64,000 nt of DNA, taken from the NCBI GenBank assembly GCA_002189035.1, contig NEEC01000026.1, positions 496,001-560,000 of the forward strand, in the 5' to 3' direction. A program made the position numbers and the translations under genes. This document shows, in pieces, positions 1 through 13,799 of the stretch. Source of the DNA: Utricularia gibba (lineage: Eukaryota; Plantae; Magnoliophyta). Every line of letters starts with the position of its first letter. The stretch's first letter is position 1. The notes under the pieces are model-generated. The model saw nothing but the letters and a program-made list of their open reading frames with translations, ran no database searches and was not told where the DNA came from.

Positions 1-435
1 ATTGTTTCTCTTGTGATTTACGCCTCACAACCTTTTGTCTTATAGGCCTCTTTTCTTCTTCAATACTTGGAGAAGATTGCAAAGGTGCAGTAAGTTTCTC
101 ATTAAATCTAATTTTCAAGCTCTCTTTCAAACCTTTTCCAATGGTATAATTTGTTACCTTGCAAAGAAGGCATATACTTATATGTGATAGAAATTGATAT
201 CAACAAAATAATAAAAGTATATGTACCGACATCCATTTCTGCTCAAAACGCAAAACTTCCCAACATTTAATACAAATCTTTCTTTTTTTTCATTTTTGAA
301 TAGCTCTAAAGCTTGGAGTTTGAAATCGTATTCATTGTAGCCATTATCTTTTATCGACATTATTCTATTGATACAACCTTCGAATTTGCTAAAATTACAA
401 CTTAGAGTATCACACTTGTGCGTTATTATATCCAT
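1..435 (-). mobile_element. Possible PIF/Harbinger accessory (Myb/SANT, NAM-associated-like) ORF remnant
   Basis: Minus-strand peptides FEGCINRIMSI...FKLQALELFKNEKKERFVL (178-435) and EEKRPIRQKVVRRK (1-90) resemble C-terminal motifs of Harbinger accessory proteins; recognition is by eye only. Confidence 0.3.
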
Positions 436-1040
436 GCTTTAGACAACGATATGCAGAGCTTCATTATTTCCTTTTTGTGAGTTCCATATATTGAATTCTT
501 ACTAACATTTATCCAAGTTGAAAAAATGATCAATTTATCTTATCACACCATCTCTGAGATTGTAATCTTCTAATTGTTCATTCTATAACAAAAGAATCAT
601 ACTGAAACATTTTGAATATATACAATATAAAAAAGAATAAAGTACAACAAATACTAAACAATAATCCAACTACACACTATACTCCAATTATACTAGATGA
701 AAAAAATTTATTAAAACTAAGAATTATGAATTCCTCTTTCAACTCATGCTAGAATGGTTTTTTATGGGAAAAAAAAAGAAAATCAAAGGAGAAGTTTGTC
801 CTATAGTAACTAATGGTACATCCACATATTGATACCCAATTCAACCTAGTTGTAAGCAATCTGTCAAAAGCAATCAAAACATTGCTTGGTAAATCGGGTG
901 AAAACTTGAACTACGTACATATATGTTTTTAAAAAATGGTAAAGCCAACAGACATATAAAAATCAGCAAAGACAACAAAAATCAGCAAAAATCATACAAA
1001 AAACAGAGCATGCCCTGCCAGAAACGAATAAGAAAGGTGC

Positions 1041-1553
1041 TGATGGGGTGTAAATCGGGCGAAGATAATCGGTTCCAGAAAAAGCTGCCAAGGAAGTTTT
1101 GAGGAGACAGTGCCTGCCGACAGACCGGTGTGTCAGAAACCTGCAGCGGCGGCCGTATGGCACAGTCTGAAAAGCAGCCAAATTACGGCAGAACAGGCGT
1201 ATGATACCTGGAAAGCAAGGCCACATAGCAGGTGCAAAAGTAACCGACACCCGCAGGGGCAGAGAATCGGCTAGGATGGCTTCCCCTATAAATAAAAGGG
1301 GCCATAACAGGAAGGGGGGGGGGGGGGAACCTCCAAATCTGTATCATCCTTAATCATCTCCATCTAGTAAACATTTTTCTCCGGTGAGCTCCGTCAGCTC
1401 CGTGGTTTTTCCGCCTCACGGTGGTTTCCACGTAAAAAATCCCCATCTATCTTCGCTGCATCCAATCAAACCGAAAAGACGATAAAAAAGAAAGCGACAC
1501 CACCAACAACAGGAAATCGGCCTAAACCGGCATACCGATTTTCGCCCTTAACA
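1041..1553 (+). mobile_element. Solo LTR, Tat (Retand-like) Gypsy family
   Basis: Starts TGATGGGG and ends CCCTTAACA. Perfect 5-bp TSD GGTGC at 1036-1040 and 1554-1558. Internal CTATAAATA TATA box. Homologous to the LTRs at 34606-35135, 54199-54714, 60399-60704 and 26160-26684. Confidence 0.9.
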
Positions 1554-1771
1554 GGTGCAGAAGAGATATTATGCAGGGAAAAGAATGTAAAATGGACAGG
1601 AAGAGATTCAATGTACCTGGAAGGAGTTTGAAGACAGCAACAAAGAGATCCAAAGAAATTGAGCGCAAAAGTATAATTCGAGTAATTTGGATGAAGAAAA
1701 TTAGGGCACAAATTCAGGTTTTTTTAAGTCTCATTTCACAAGAATTTAGAGCAAAGAGATCTTATCCACAA

Positions 1772-2900
1772 GTAATTCTACGAGCACATAGAAACTGTCG
1801 AAGTAATAAAATAAGATCTTATTCAAAATAAAAACTCAAGAAGACCGAAAACAAAATAAAGATTTGGTTTTAAAAACAATAGAAAAAGTGGCTTTGTATC
1901 TAGGATCCATTTAACTCAAAACTCGCCGGTATCTGTGTATGTAAACCTTGAGAACTAGTTTATTTGTGCAAGTTCTAAGGGTGTTATTCTAAAATAGTGC
2001 TACTCGGTGATCATTATAGCATTATCCCTCGTTTAATGGGATTATAGAATCAATCATGCCATAAGATACATTTCACCTCTTGTAATAATCGGTATTTTCA
2101 CCACACCCAAATCTAACACCTACACCTCATACCTTGCAAAGAGATTAGACAAAATGTATCTTACATTGCAAGGTATGAGGTGTAGATATCCAGTTGAGCT
2201 CTTCTCCTTAGGTGGTTGAAGCTAATCCAAGATTCTCTCACATTTCCTTGGGTTATGTGGTACTAAAGAGGACATTAGTAAAGAAAACATTGCAAAAAAT
2301 AGAATCAAACCTCAAACAAATATTGAAAAACATGGTAAATTACTCACACGCATAGGACTCGCGCAAGTAAGGCTTTACCACAGATCTTTACTTGCTAATG
2401 CCTACATGGCCAACTTGACTTTAACATGAAAATAAATTAGAAAATAAGAAAAATACAAAGGAAAAGTGGTCCAAAGACATCTTTAATGGTTGAGAGATTG
2501 GGATATTTATAATAGAGAAGATTCGAGTCTTCATGTTAAACTTGTTTGATTGGCTTGGATATGATTTTTATCCAAATCTTTTATCTAAATCTTTCAAGAT
2601 CATCTTCAAATCTTCATCTTATTCACAAATCTTGTACCAAATGTTTATTCTTTGATTGAGTCTTGGACTAAGATTCGTGACCCATCAAGTTCATAATTTG
2701 ATGAGTCTTGATTTCTCCTCAAAATGATCCAAAAATGTTCTAAAAATCCGTAAAATACATTTTCTTTCCAAAAAGATGAAGTAGTGAGAAAGATGTAAAA
2801 TCATTTGAAAATAACAAGAAAATGAAATCTAAGGTAAGTAAAACCAATACTCAAGCTTAATGAAAGAATATATTTTAGAATGACACAAAATCACCTATCA
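1772..2900 (-). repeat. 3' LTR of the Athila-like element (family A)
   Basis: Begins TGATAGGTGATTTTGTGTCA right after PPT AAGTGTGGGGAAGT. Homologous to 7379-8075, 44514-45623 and 47029-48221; far end is degenerate. Confidence 0.8.
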
Positions 2901-4502
2901 ACTTCCCCACACTTAGATATTGCTTGTCCTCAAGTAATTGTTTAAGATATTTTCCTCCAAAGTGATAACTTGGAAATAGATCTAAGACTAGCAATATGCA
3001 TGAGTCATCCAATAGCATACTATTCACTAGCTCCCCTTACATATAACTATTCCTCACACATGTTACTCAATATGCTCAAGAAAAGAAATTCATAAGAGGA
3101 ATGTGAGGTGAAAAAGGTTTGCTCAATACCTGAATATAGGGGAGTAAGTAAACTTGCGCAAGTGATCCATTGGTTTTAGCAAGCTTACACAATCATTAGA
3201 CCTTTTTCTTGGGTTATAATGCAACAAGAGCTTGGGGTAGGTGGGAAATTCAGTTGGAGGCTTCATATTATGGGCGATAAAAGGTGAGCATCCATCAAAC
3301 AATTCTATCATGCTTGTTCTTTGATTTTTGTACTCCAAAAAACTCCTCTTTAGGTTTTGTGACTTGCTCCAGCCTTTCAATCTCTTTTCTCTCTTCTTCT
3401 TCTTATCTTATTTTTTTCTTTCTTTCTTTTTTTTCTCTTTTTTTTTTCCAAAATCTATCTCTCTCTTGGATAGGATGTTATTGAAAATCCCTTCATAAAT
3501 TATTGAGATAGAGTTTGATCGATGAATTGAAAATTACTCTCAACTTTTCTTCTTTTGTAATAGAGCTCTTGATTCTACAACTTGCACAAGAACCCAAACA
3601 AAACTATTCTCCGGATGCTCAATCCTTGGGTCAAGAGAAATTGCAATAGACTATGATTGTAGAAACGGATTTGGCTTCTAGTGTGGTGATCCAAATAAAA
3701 GGTTTCAAGCCAAACGGGGCTTACTAAGCAGATTCAAGGTGGGATATTGAGAATAAAACAAGACAAATCCCAATGCCTTAATCCCTTTACACAAGAACAA
3801 GCCCATGATCGTGCTACATTCAGGTCACTCATAAATAAAAGAGAATAAAAATAGTCTCCTCACCAAGAAACTAGGGCCATGTATCTTTTGCAAGGAGCAC
3901 AAAATGAACAACATGCCAAAGAAAACCTCAGCAAGAAGCATACCAAAATTCTAATGCACAACAACTATCTTGAAGGAATAATACCTATAACAAAAGTTTA
4001 AGTTCAAGCAAAACATCAAATGTAAGTAAATGAAATCACATTCCATTTGAAGAGAAACAAGAATAATACTTCTCCCTCACACTTGAATAAGAACTTAGTT
4101 GCAAAGATTGAAGAAATCTGACCTGGATAACATATTCTACAAAGTGGAATTTTTTTCATTTGGACACCCTATATAAGTTTCATGATATGTACATTTTCAT
4201 GGTCATTCATATCAGCCTGCTCGCAACTTTTGAATGCAAAAATCTCATTGTGCAAGTTGCAATGCTACTTGCACAAGCATTTGAGCATATATCAAAACTC
4301 ATACGAAAATTCAGATCTTATCTCTATAAAAACATCTCTCAATAAATTTATATATATAAAAAACAGAAACTACTCTAAAATATAAAGATTTATTCCACTC
4401 AAACCTATTTTATTGAAAGTAAATAAAATGAAATGAATGAGCAAACCAACTTGTTTTTTAATGGTAACAAGTAAACTATACCTTGGTAAAAGATTAGGGT
4501 GG

Positions 4503-4740
4503 TTAGTATGGAAATATGTGAAACTGAACAGCAAACCTTTTGAATTTTCCACAAAGCTTCTTCCATTTTCTATTACTATAGAACTTATTTCGAAAGAGCC
4601 TCCTGGTCAAATCACAGCAATTCTTGATTTGAAATTTCGCGCAAAGAACTAATGGTTTGAAGAGAGCTAAAAATTCATCACCTTTTATGCATCTCATCTT
4701 GCATAAGTGCCATGCTTTTTTTTGCTCTTTGTACAACTCA
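4503..4740 (-). pseudogene. Athila integrase C-terminal remnant
   Basis: YKEQKKAWH...KGDEFLALF...KLCGKFK...IFPY resembles the Athila YKEKTKAWHD...GDKVLLF...PGKLKSRW...VFPYG motif. Confidence 0.65.
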
Positions 4741-5137
4741 AATTGAAAGCTCCCGCGCAGGGGATCAATGCATGGAATTGTGATTGAAGCTTCCTTGAGT
4801 TGCTTAATTCTACAAAAGAAATATTTGTAAAAAAAAAAACATATTCTTCAACTAAATCCTTACTTGTAAATTGTGTTCATCTTCCTTCAAATCATCGTCT
4901 GTAAAACTGAGACCTTTGAACCTCCTCTTGAAATGTGTCTTGAGCGAATAATTTGTCATTGTGGTCCTCACAAAGATATGCTACTTGCAAATGTTCATGT
5001 ATAACAGTATCCGCTTCTAAAGATTGTGAAAGGCCAAGGATATGCAATGATGGAACTCCATCTTCAGTTTCGATATCCTTGCATTGGGTGGGGGTCTCTT
5101 CCAATTGACATAAATACTCTAGTGTGCAGATGGCTTT

Positions 5138-6419
5138 TGATAACACTGTTTTTATGGTGTTTTTATATATGTTTTTAAGTGTGTTTTGTAGGGTTAAATG
5201 TTGTTTAGGGTGCTAAAATGTCTTCTTTTGTGTATTTGGACTGTTGAAATATGTTTATTGTGAAAATTGGCTCAATTGGCAACAATTGAGCTGAAAACTC
5301 TAATATTTCGTCTAGTCTATGTTTTAAGTCTTACCAGGGTAAGAGCTAGTACTACAGCAACGTACTTTCCGCATTGAAAAGTCAAAAGGGTACAGAAAAA
5401 GCTGTGCAAAAGCCACTTTCGCCGAAAGTAGCCGCCCTTCTGCAAAGATAAGATTTGGAGCAGGATCTCTCTTCTAGAAGCTTGAGGAAAAGACAAGACT
5501 ACCCTTACTTTTGAGCTGCAAAAGGCAAAATGAAATGAGAGAAGAAAGAGAGTACACTGTGCACGCAGAGTGCACAAACAGCCAACAGGAGCATGCAGGA
5601 GCGAGGAGAACGTCGTTTCTCCGGCGAAAGTCTCCGGCAACCTCCAGATCTACGTGTCTACACCAACCTTTTCGGCCAGAACTTCGATTTCTAGTAGATC
5701 TCCAGCCCACAGAAGCATCCTGCAACTTTTATTTGCGCATTTTCTGCACTTTCATTTCTGCGAGAACCTGTTATCATTACTATTTTCGTTTCTATGCTTT
5801 CTGCTGCTTTTCGGTACCTTGCTGTGAACGGGAAACTCGTTGTAGACTTGCCTTAGTTTATAAACATGTTTCTGTTTAAGCTTTTCACATTTTCTTTTAA
5901 GCTTAATATGCCATTTACTGTTCCTGCGCACGCATATTCTGTTTTTGCACACTCTTACTCTGTTTTTAAGCATTTTTAAGCTGGGTTTAAGTTTATGGGC
6001 TCTTTTGAGTGACACAAGAGCCAGACCTTGGTGTAAAACCCAACCAAGTTACTTTTATTTTATGTTTTTTGCACCTTAACTTTAATTTCAGTGCCCCTTT
6101 CAACCCTTCAATTCGTTTATTTCAGTCACTGTTATTTTAGATCCTACCCGCATTAGAACTAAACCCCAGGAAACCCCCTGTTTTCAGTAAATGCAATGAA
6201 CTTCGAGAAATTATAACCATTCCTTGTGGAACCCCCCTGTTTTCAGTAAATGCAATGAACTTCGAGAAATTATAACCATTCCTTGTGGATTCGACCCTTG
6301 CTTGCCACACTACATTAATTCCTGTGATTTGTGTAGTAGAATAGCTAGGTTATAAATTTCTTTTGATGCGTTGAATGTGCTAGACCGCAACATTTAGCAA
6401 CCCATTCCAACGTTCATCA
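5138..6419 (+). mobile_element. Solo LTR (family C) nested in the Athila-like element
   Basis: TGATAACAC...GTTCATCA. TSD GCTTT/ACTTT (4/5 match). Homologous to 42428-43124 on the opposite strand. Confidence 0.85.
6172..6289. repeat. 59-bp tandem duplication inside the solo LTR
   Basis: CCCCCTGTTTTCAGTAAATGCAATGAACTTCGAGAAATTATAACCATTCCTTGTGGA occurs twice with period 59; single copy in the sister LTR at 42.5 kb. Confidence 0.95.
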
Positions 6420-7378
6420 ACTTTCAAATCATTCAATTGATCTGCCAGCATTTGATTTTTAGTGGTGAGTTGCTGCAACTTGTTATGCACTTCCTTCATC
6501 TGATCTGAAAAATCTTTTTTTCGTCTATTTAATTTGCTCAAATAATCATTTGTTCATTTGTTATTGTCTCTCAATAACTTGACTCAAAGTAACTCCAAAA
6601 GATGGGCATTGAGGTTGACTCTAACTCAAATTTTAGTTCTGTTTGTTGTCAACCTGATTCCCATGACTTTCCTTTTGCAAGTTAACTATGAGACCTTATG
6701 AATTTTTCCTCTAATTCTTCATCTGCAGAATCAGATGATGAATAAGATTGAAACATTGTGTATTGCTGGTTTCTCATCCTCCCATCTTTTTTGTATTTCG
6801 CATCGTCACAATGAGATTTGTTGACAATCCTTTATGCAGTTTATTAATGATTTGTTGTTAGAAGTGTGTTTTGCTTTTTCGTTCTAGCTTGCACAAGTGT
6901 CAATTGATACCTATTATACTTGCATGAAGGTTTCAATTTTGAATATAATATCAAAAGATTTACCTGACGCTCATGTGATTTGTGCTTAGGAATGCATCTC
7001 CCAGCATGTGATTCTTTCAAGCCCGCATCCTAGAATCTACACCAAAGGATTTCAACATTGAAACCCACTCCGTTCTTCATCATATTGCCCTATAGACCAG
7101 TTCTTTGATCTAATTTGCCCATTGATCTTCCCAAATTCAAGATTAAAGGTTATATCTCGATCAATTCTCCACATATCTACACAAACAAAAGGTGAACAAA
7201 AATGAAACACAAGATTTATTTTGATCTTTTTTTTAATTTGGGAAAGGTTAGTTGCTTGTGCAAGTGCACAAACAAATAAAAACTATGAAAATAATAGCGA
7301 AAAAGAGAAATAATAAGAAACAAAACCAGAAAAGAAAATCTAAAGGAATACAATTCCATGAGAACGAAATCAAAAACT

Positions 7379-8075
7379 TGATTGTAATTTTGCAAGTGCA
7401 TAGAAGCTGTCAAACTAATAAAATAAGATCGTATTCACGGAGAATTGTTATTAGAATTTTATTTTCAAATAAAAACTCAAAAATATAGAAGAAAAACAAA
7501 TGTTTGGATTTAAAAACAATAAGAAAAATGGTTTTAGACCTAAGATTCACCTTACTCAAAACTCGTCCATAACTGTGTGTGTAAATTTTGAGGATTGATC
7601 TGCTTACGCAAGTTTTGGGAGTGTTATTCTAAAATAATGCTAATCAATAACTGTCATAACATTGTTTCTCGTTCAATGGGTTTAAAGAATCAACCACGCC
7701 ACCAAAGCCATTTCACCTCCTGTAATAACTCATGTTTTTCCCACACTCAAATCTTTTATCTAAATCTTTTAAGATCATCTTCAAATCTTTATCTTATACA
7801 TGAATCTTAGACCAACACTTCATCCTTTGACCTAGTCTTGGACTAATTTCGTGGGCATCAAGTCCATAATTTGTTGGGTCTTGATTTCTTCTGAAATTGA
7901 TCCAAAAATGTACTAAAAATCCAAAAAAATACATTTTCTCTCCAAAAAAATCAAAGTAGTGTGAAAAATGCAAAATCAATTAAAAGTAACTAGAAAGTGG
8001 AGTCTAAGATAAGTAAAATCAACAATCAAGATTAATAAAAGAATATATTTTAAAATGACACAAAATTACTTATCA
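7379..8075 (-). repeat. 5' LTR of the Athila-like element, with ~465-bp internal deletion
   Basis: TG...CA ends. Aligns to 1772-2900 but lacks the block between two CAAATCT heptamers (2108-2114 and 2573-2579). Confidence 0.8.
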
Positions 8076-8550
8076 ATGAGTTCAACAAAGACAACTAATG
8101 ATTTTCTTAATAATGCATCCAAAGCCTACTTTGAGCTTAACTCGATTTTTTTTATAAAAAATTGCAAATCAAATGCAATAAGCAGTAACACAATGAAAGG
8201 CTCTGTGAAAGAAGATTGGAGTCAAGTTGTTTCCTTTTGTTATCACAGAATCTTTTCATTTAAAAAATTATGACAATGATTGATGATAATGTTGATTTTC
8301 CTTATTCATATACAAAGAATCGATACACTTGAGCAATTAAGAATGTCAGAAATGGGTTTTTGTTACACTCAAGAGCCATCAGGTGTTATTTATCAAGGTT
8401 TTGTGATCTTGAAAATGTCCATGACTTGCTTTGTATCTGCATCCATGAACTACGTCAAATACATAATTTATATAAACAAGTTATTATACAGCATCCTAGT
8501 ACTCTGAATCATTCCATGGGTTCTGCGAATGTGGAAAGCATAGCAAGAGA

Positions 8551-9290
8551 TCAGTGTGTGGAAAATGAGTAATTATGGGGCATTTGGTTTACATTTTTGA
8601 CAAAGATATCTAGTTTAAATCCAGCCATTCCGATGAGGATGTAAACTGGAGCTTCATAGTTGTTGAAATGGTGCATTTGCGAGCATATGTTCTTGTAAAT
8701 GGTGCAAGTTCTCTCATAATTGTGAACATGTCCTTCTAAGACAAGATCAACCTTGTAGGTCAACAATAGTGGTTTCACAACCAAGACAAAGTTTGGGTAA
8801 ACACTATTGTTGGGAAGAAGTGTGTCCTCCACGGCTGATGTGTAGAATGGCATGTGCTTGTTTGAAAAAAAAAACAATATTCATGAATGGGAAGAAGTGT
8901 GTCCTCCACGGCTAAAGAGTATTGCCAGTTTTTGTAGTCTTACGCTTGGAAGACAATCCATGGGGTTGTAGTTCAGTTCACCAATGCCAAGTCATTCTTC
9001 ATCCACTTATACCGCAACAATGCAATACAAGAGAAGACAATGATAATGTGCCAAATTTTGATAGAGGTTGGAGATGGTCAGGTGAACAAGAATTCTAAGC
9101 CTGTGGTCCAATCATGCTCAGTTGATATGCTGAGGTGCCCGTAAAGAGGACTGTTGGGTTTAGCAAAGGATATGCTGTTGGAGGTCGCCCAAACACAAGG
9201 AGTATTATATCCTCCACCAAAGAACATTGCCTTGAGATCGGTTCTTATGTGAATGGTGTGAAAAAGTAGCACTGTTGTGCATCGTTCTAA
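8551..9290 (-). pseudogene. Fragmented purple acid phosphatase (PAP28-like) copy
   Basis: Minus-strand motifs FHTIHIRTDL...KPNSPLYGHLS joined directly to ISTEHDW; YKWMKNDLA...PWIVF; KVDLVLEGHVHNYERTC...APVYILIGMAGFKLD. Contains stops, large deletions and retained intron-like segments. Confidence 0.8.
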
Positions 9291-11719
9291 GGTGCATTTT
9301 TCTCCACCCTAGTCGCTGCTCAATTATTCTGTTATGTTCTACAATCATTTTTTTTCGAAGAATTAATGGAAAATCAATTGACGGTTTTAGGTGTCTTAGT
9401 TTTTCTTGCCAATCAAAATTGTAGTTTTCGTTAAATTTTTTTATATCTTTTTTACTTATCGTTAAAACAGTTTAAAAAATTATGTATGATAAAAAATCAA
9501 TTACAAACATAAATTATGGTATAAGTCAGGTCCATATCAAATCTCATCCCTTCCACCATCATCGCATAGGGACATGGATATTGGTAAATGTCCCACTTTC
9601 ATATCCCGGAAAAAATGAGTATTAGCCAGCCAGTCATACCTAAAAATTGTAACTCAAAATGTCTTTCCTAAATGATCCATTGACCCTAAAATGTGTAAAT
9701 ATGTACGTAAATAGGTAATATAATCATACTTCGGACATAAGGCTCTATTTAAATGTTTATTGTTTAATATAGTTTATAATCATAGACTCAAAATGTAACA
9801 TACATTGTACATACATATACTATACTAATCCACAACTAGAAAATAAGCTATGCTACTACACATACATTTGTACGACTCGGGGAAAATTTGATTGATCACT
9901 GAACCTCTATTGACTCCATTTATCCCATGAAATAAATAAAAGAGTAGTGATACTTTTGAGTTTTTAAACATGTCAAAACCATAAAACATAGTAAGAAAGA
10001 ATAAAAAGTTAATAAAAGAAACTTTAAACACATTGAAAGTTCTTATAACTATTTTTTATCATTTTTCATAGCCGTCTAGCCAACATTGTCATCAGAATAT
10101 CAGATGAGACATAAGATGCCCTTGCTCATCGTTCCACGGTTAAGAGACCATATTTACAACTTTCATAGCCATCTAGCCGTTTGGGATTTGCTACTAGACT
10201 CAAAAGAGGGTTAATCACATGGGATGGGTTAAATTGAAGGATTTACAACAACAGAGACATATTTACAACTTTCATGCTAAGCGTACATCCAAAATCACAA
10301 CTAGTTGAACTATAATCAAGGACCAACATCAGTCACATAAATTGCATAAAAACAAGTTTCAAAAGCAATCATGTCACTTACCTTGACTCTTTAAATTCCA
10401 AACGACTTTTAAATCACCTTTATTCACCTTAGGTATCCTAACCTAAAAGTTCAAAAGTTAGATAAGCTATACATGTAATGTCTTGGCTAGAAAAAAAAAC
10501 CATATTCATATTTTTTCTAATTTTCCAAATCAACTTTTCTTCCTCACCTTTTCAAAACTAAAAAATAAGTGAAAATCCATCATATAAATCCTCTTTTACA
10601 CCTCATTTTTATCTTGCATGCAATATGAACATGTGACACCACCTCATAGTTACATTTTGATATATCTGATTGACATGTATTTAAAACTTGAATACTTCCT
10701 ATTTCTCTTTACTTCCTCCAGATTATGACCTCCAACATTCAAAACATGAACACAAGATGCTACATATCTGAAACAATGTGAATATAGCTGATGGAAGGAA
10801 AATTATAAAGATGTCGTATGTCTAAAATTTTTTCTCATCAAAAGATATTTATAAAACTGAACTAGCATTTTACAGTACACTCACAAGAAAATAATGCAGT
10901 GGTGATAAGTTCAGATCGATCCACAAGAAACAAACGGTTTTCAAATGCTAGTCCTATGTGCAAAAGAGATTAAATAAGGGGGTTTTGTTGGGTAGTTGTT
11001 TTCTACTGTAAAGAAATTATTAAAAAAAGCATAAGCACTATAATGTACATTTGTGGTGGTTGAATTTTTGTATAAAAGAGCAATTAATGTACATGCATGA
11101 TTGCGGATACTTGAAATTAGGAGTCATTACAGATTGAATGCAAAGTATACATGTAGAAATATATGAAACCCAAAACAAATCCAAAGAAAAAAATAAAGAT
11201 TCATCATAAATAATGGAACCCGAAAACAAGAAATTTAGCCACGAACGATCATTACAAAATAGGAATTAAACGTGACTAAAATTCTTCATCATAAGGAAGA
11301 GTAAGATTAATAATGCAAAGCAAAGTCAAAGAGTATGAAAAGCTTCTTCTAGATACTCGCATCACCCTCTAAATCCTGCAATCCAGTTGTGCAGGTCATG
11401 TATATTACTTAATTTATTGCATTAAGTTGATAGTTATAATCATTATTTTTTCTGTCAAATACAATCTTGCCGTCACGTTATATCTCACCATTAAGTTTCC
11501 ATTCTTCTGTCAAAACCATTGAATCGAGATGAACCAAAGAATAGGTGTAAAGGATGAACCATCCCTAATTAAACGTTATATTGACACAACATCAATAGCG
11601 TAACACCTTTCTCCTAATTTATCAATCTAATACCCTAATGTTTAATTATTATAAAGTAGAGAAAGTTAAAAACTGAAAATCAAAGTCCTTAAAACTTCAA
11701 TCCTCACATCATAACTCAC

Positions 11720-12120
11720 ATTCGTAGCAAATTCTCATCCCACCCTCAGCACATGCAACTCAACATAGTTTATACTATGACCCATGCAACCCACGCTCAT
11801 AATAAATTTCCTCTCCCCTTCTCCCATTACATCATTACAATATATAGGTGTATGTTATGAAATAATTAATGTTGACATCAATTTCCAATCTCCTCTCTCA
11901 ATACATACATGCATAGGTTATAACATACCTTACATCTATAGCAAATTGTCGCTTTCCCTCTCCCATTCCACCCTCTATGGCGCATGGATTATATGTTTAG
12001 GGTTTGAATGTAACTTATGGCATAATTAATGTTGACATCAAACTCTCACCCCCTTCCTCAACACATATGTGCATGAATTCTTGATTCCCCTCTCCCATCC
12101 GACCTTCTATCACGTACGGC
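11720..12120. repeat. Degenerate ~160-bp tandem repeat (2-2.5 copies)
   Basis: ATAATTAATGTTGACATCAA at ~11862 and ~12022, each followed by similar CCCTCTCCCAT(T/C)C blocks. Confidence 0.6.
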
Positions 12121-13799
12121 GCCTGGATGATCCCATATGATTTTTTTGTAAAAAAAGAATGATAAATTTAATAAAAATTATACTATATTTTAACACAATG
12201 AACTATATTAATAATTTTGTGTTTGTAAATAATTATTTAAATTACGTAAAATTCCAAATAAAAAATATAATCATTTAACTCACATAATTATTTTCTAACA
12301 ATAATTACCATATCCAAATACATGTAGACAATATTGACGTATAACTCACATATGTATATCCAAAAAGATCAATTATAATAAATATATATAAAAATAATTA
12401 AAAATAAAAGAATTAAAAAAAATTATTTAAATTGATTTGAAATTTCAAAATCAAATATATTAAATATTGCAGAATGTTACACAAAAAATAAAAAGATATT
12501 TGTTAATATAATAATATTATAAAATTCTAAAAAAATAAACCTTATGCTAATGTAATTGAAAAACAAATGCCATTTGATCCATATACGAATTATATGACAT
12601 TCAACAATGTCAAATACAGATATTAAAAACTGATACTAAAAAATTACCAATACTATTAATAATTTTAAATTTGGAGGTGTATATAGGACTACAAATAGCC
12701 CTGTCTCTAGTTTATAATAATTAGTAAAAATAGCATATCCAATTTTTATTGATGTAATTGATTTACATTATTTGATATATCGGGATTATGTAATCTCCAA
12801 TATTTTTTCATTCAAACATTTTTTTGCGTTTCCTCAAATTTTCAAATGCAGCATATTTGAGTGTCATTGTTTTACAATTTGTTAAAATTAATCCCCATCT
12901 ATCTACTACGGCTGATTGTTGGTTGTCTACTATCACCACTCATTACACCCTCCCGTATAGAGGTGCGATCGTTTCAAGTTCTGATTCAGTTTTGGGATAT
13001 GATCATCCGTATAGTTTTGGTTGAGTTCCTGATACTTGGAATCCCAGAACCATTGGTTCTGATCTGTGCGAAATTGACTCAACTGATGGTTCCAAACCAT
13101 GAACTTCACGATTCAGTTTAAATATTCAAAAATTCCAAATATTCAATAAATGTATATAAAAACATAAAAATGATCATGTTATTTTTTTTAAAAAGTATTA
13201 TCAAACCGAAAATATTTATAAATGTATATGAAAATACAAAAATGGTCATGTTGTTTTTTAAAAAAAATATTACCAAACCGAAAATATTTATAAATGATTA
13301 TGAATAAATTATTGGGCTAATATTATAAAATTGGAGTGAAATTAAAAAATATAAAGTGTATTAACTGATTAAAAAATTATTAAAATATCAAATATATATA
13401 TGTTAAAATTGCAACTCCTAGCTATTGGCATTTGGCAACAGCTAATGTATGTAGTGTGCTATCTGCAAACTCATTAGACATCACATGGTTTTAAAACTAT
13501 CCATTGATATTATTTTAATAAAAAATTATTTATATATATTTTATAGATATCATTTAGTTTTATACTACTCTCTTTTATTGCAATCATCACTCACAGTAGC
13601 AATAATTTTATATCTACTTCTACATTTAATTTGTGCTTGGAGGTAATTTCAAATTTCCAATTCAAACATTATTGGTGAGCCGTGCATGGTAACAGTTTTA
13701 CATTACAGTTTGCTACTAGTAGTATGTTTTTTTTTTATTTTTTGCAGAACGGATGAGTCCGGTTTACAAAATTCTTTTCAAGCTTCTCAAATAGATTCT

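Larger units (their letters stand above)
1772..8075 (-). mobile_element. Internally deleted Athila-like Gypsy retrotransposon
   Basis: 5' LTR 7379-8075, then a degenerate tRNA-Asp-type PBS (TTTTTGATTTCGTTCTCATGGAATTG, minus strand ~7350-7378). Weak gag remnant ~6420-7150; integrase C-terminal remnant 4503-4740. Athila-type PPTs at ~4072-4085 and 2901-2915; 3' LTR 1772-2900. No TSD found. Confidence 0.75.

Noticed and set aside
5317-6015. Cluster of 85-122-aa ORFs on both strands
   Set aside because: They lie entirely in a solo LTR with TSD; GC-richer LTR sequence yields spurious ORFs.
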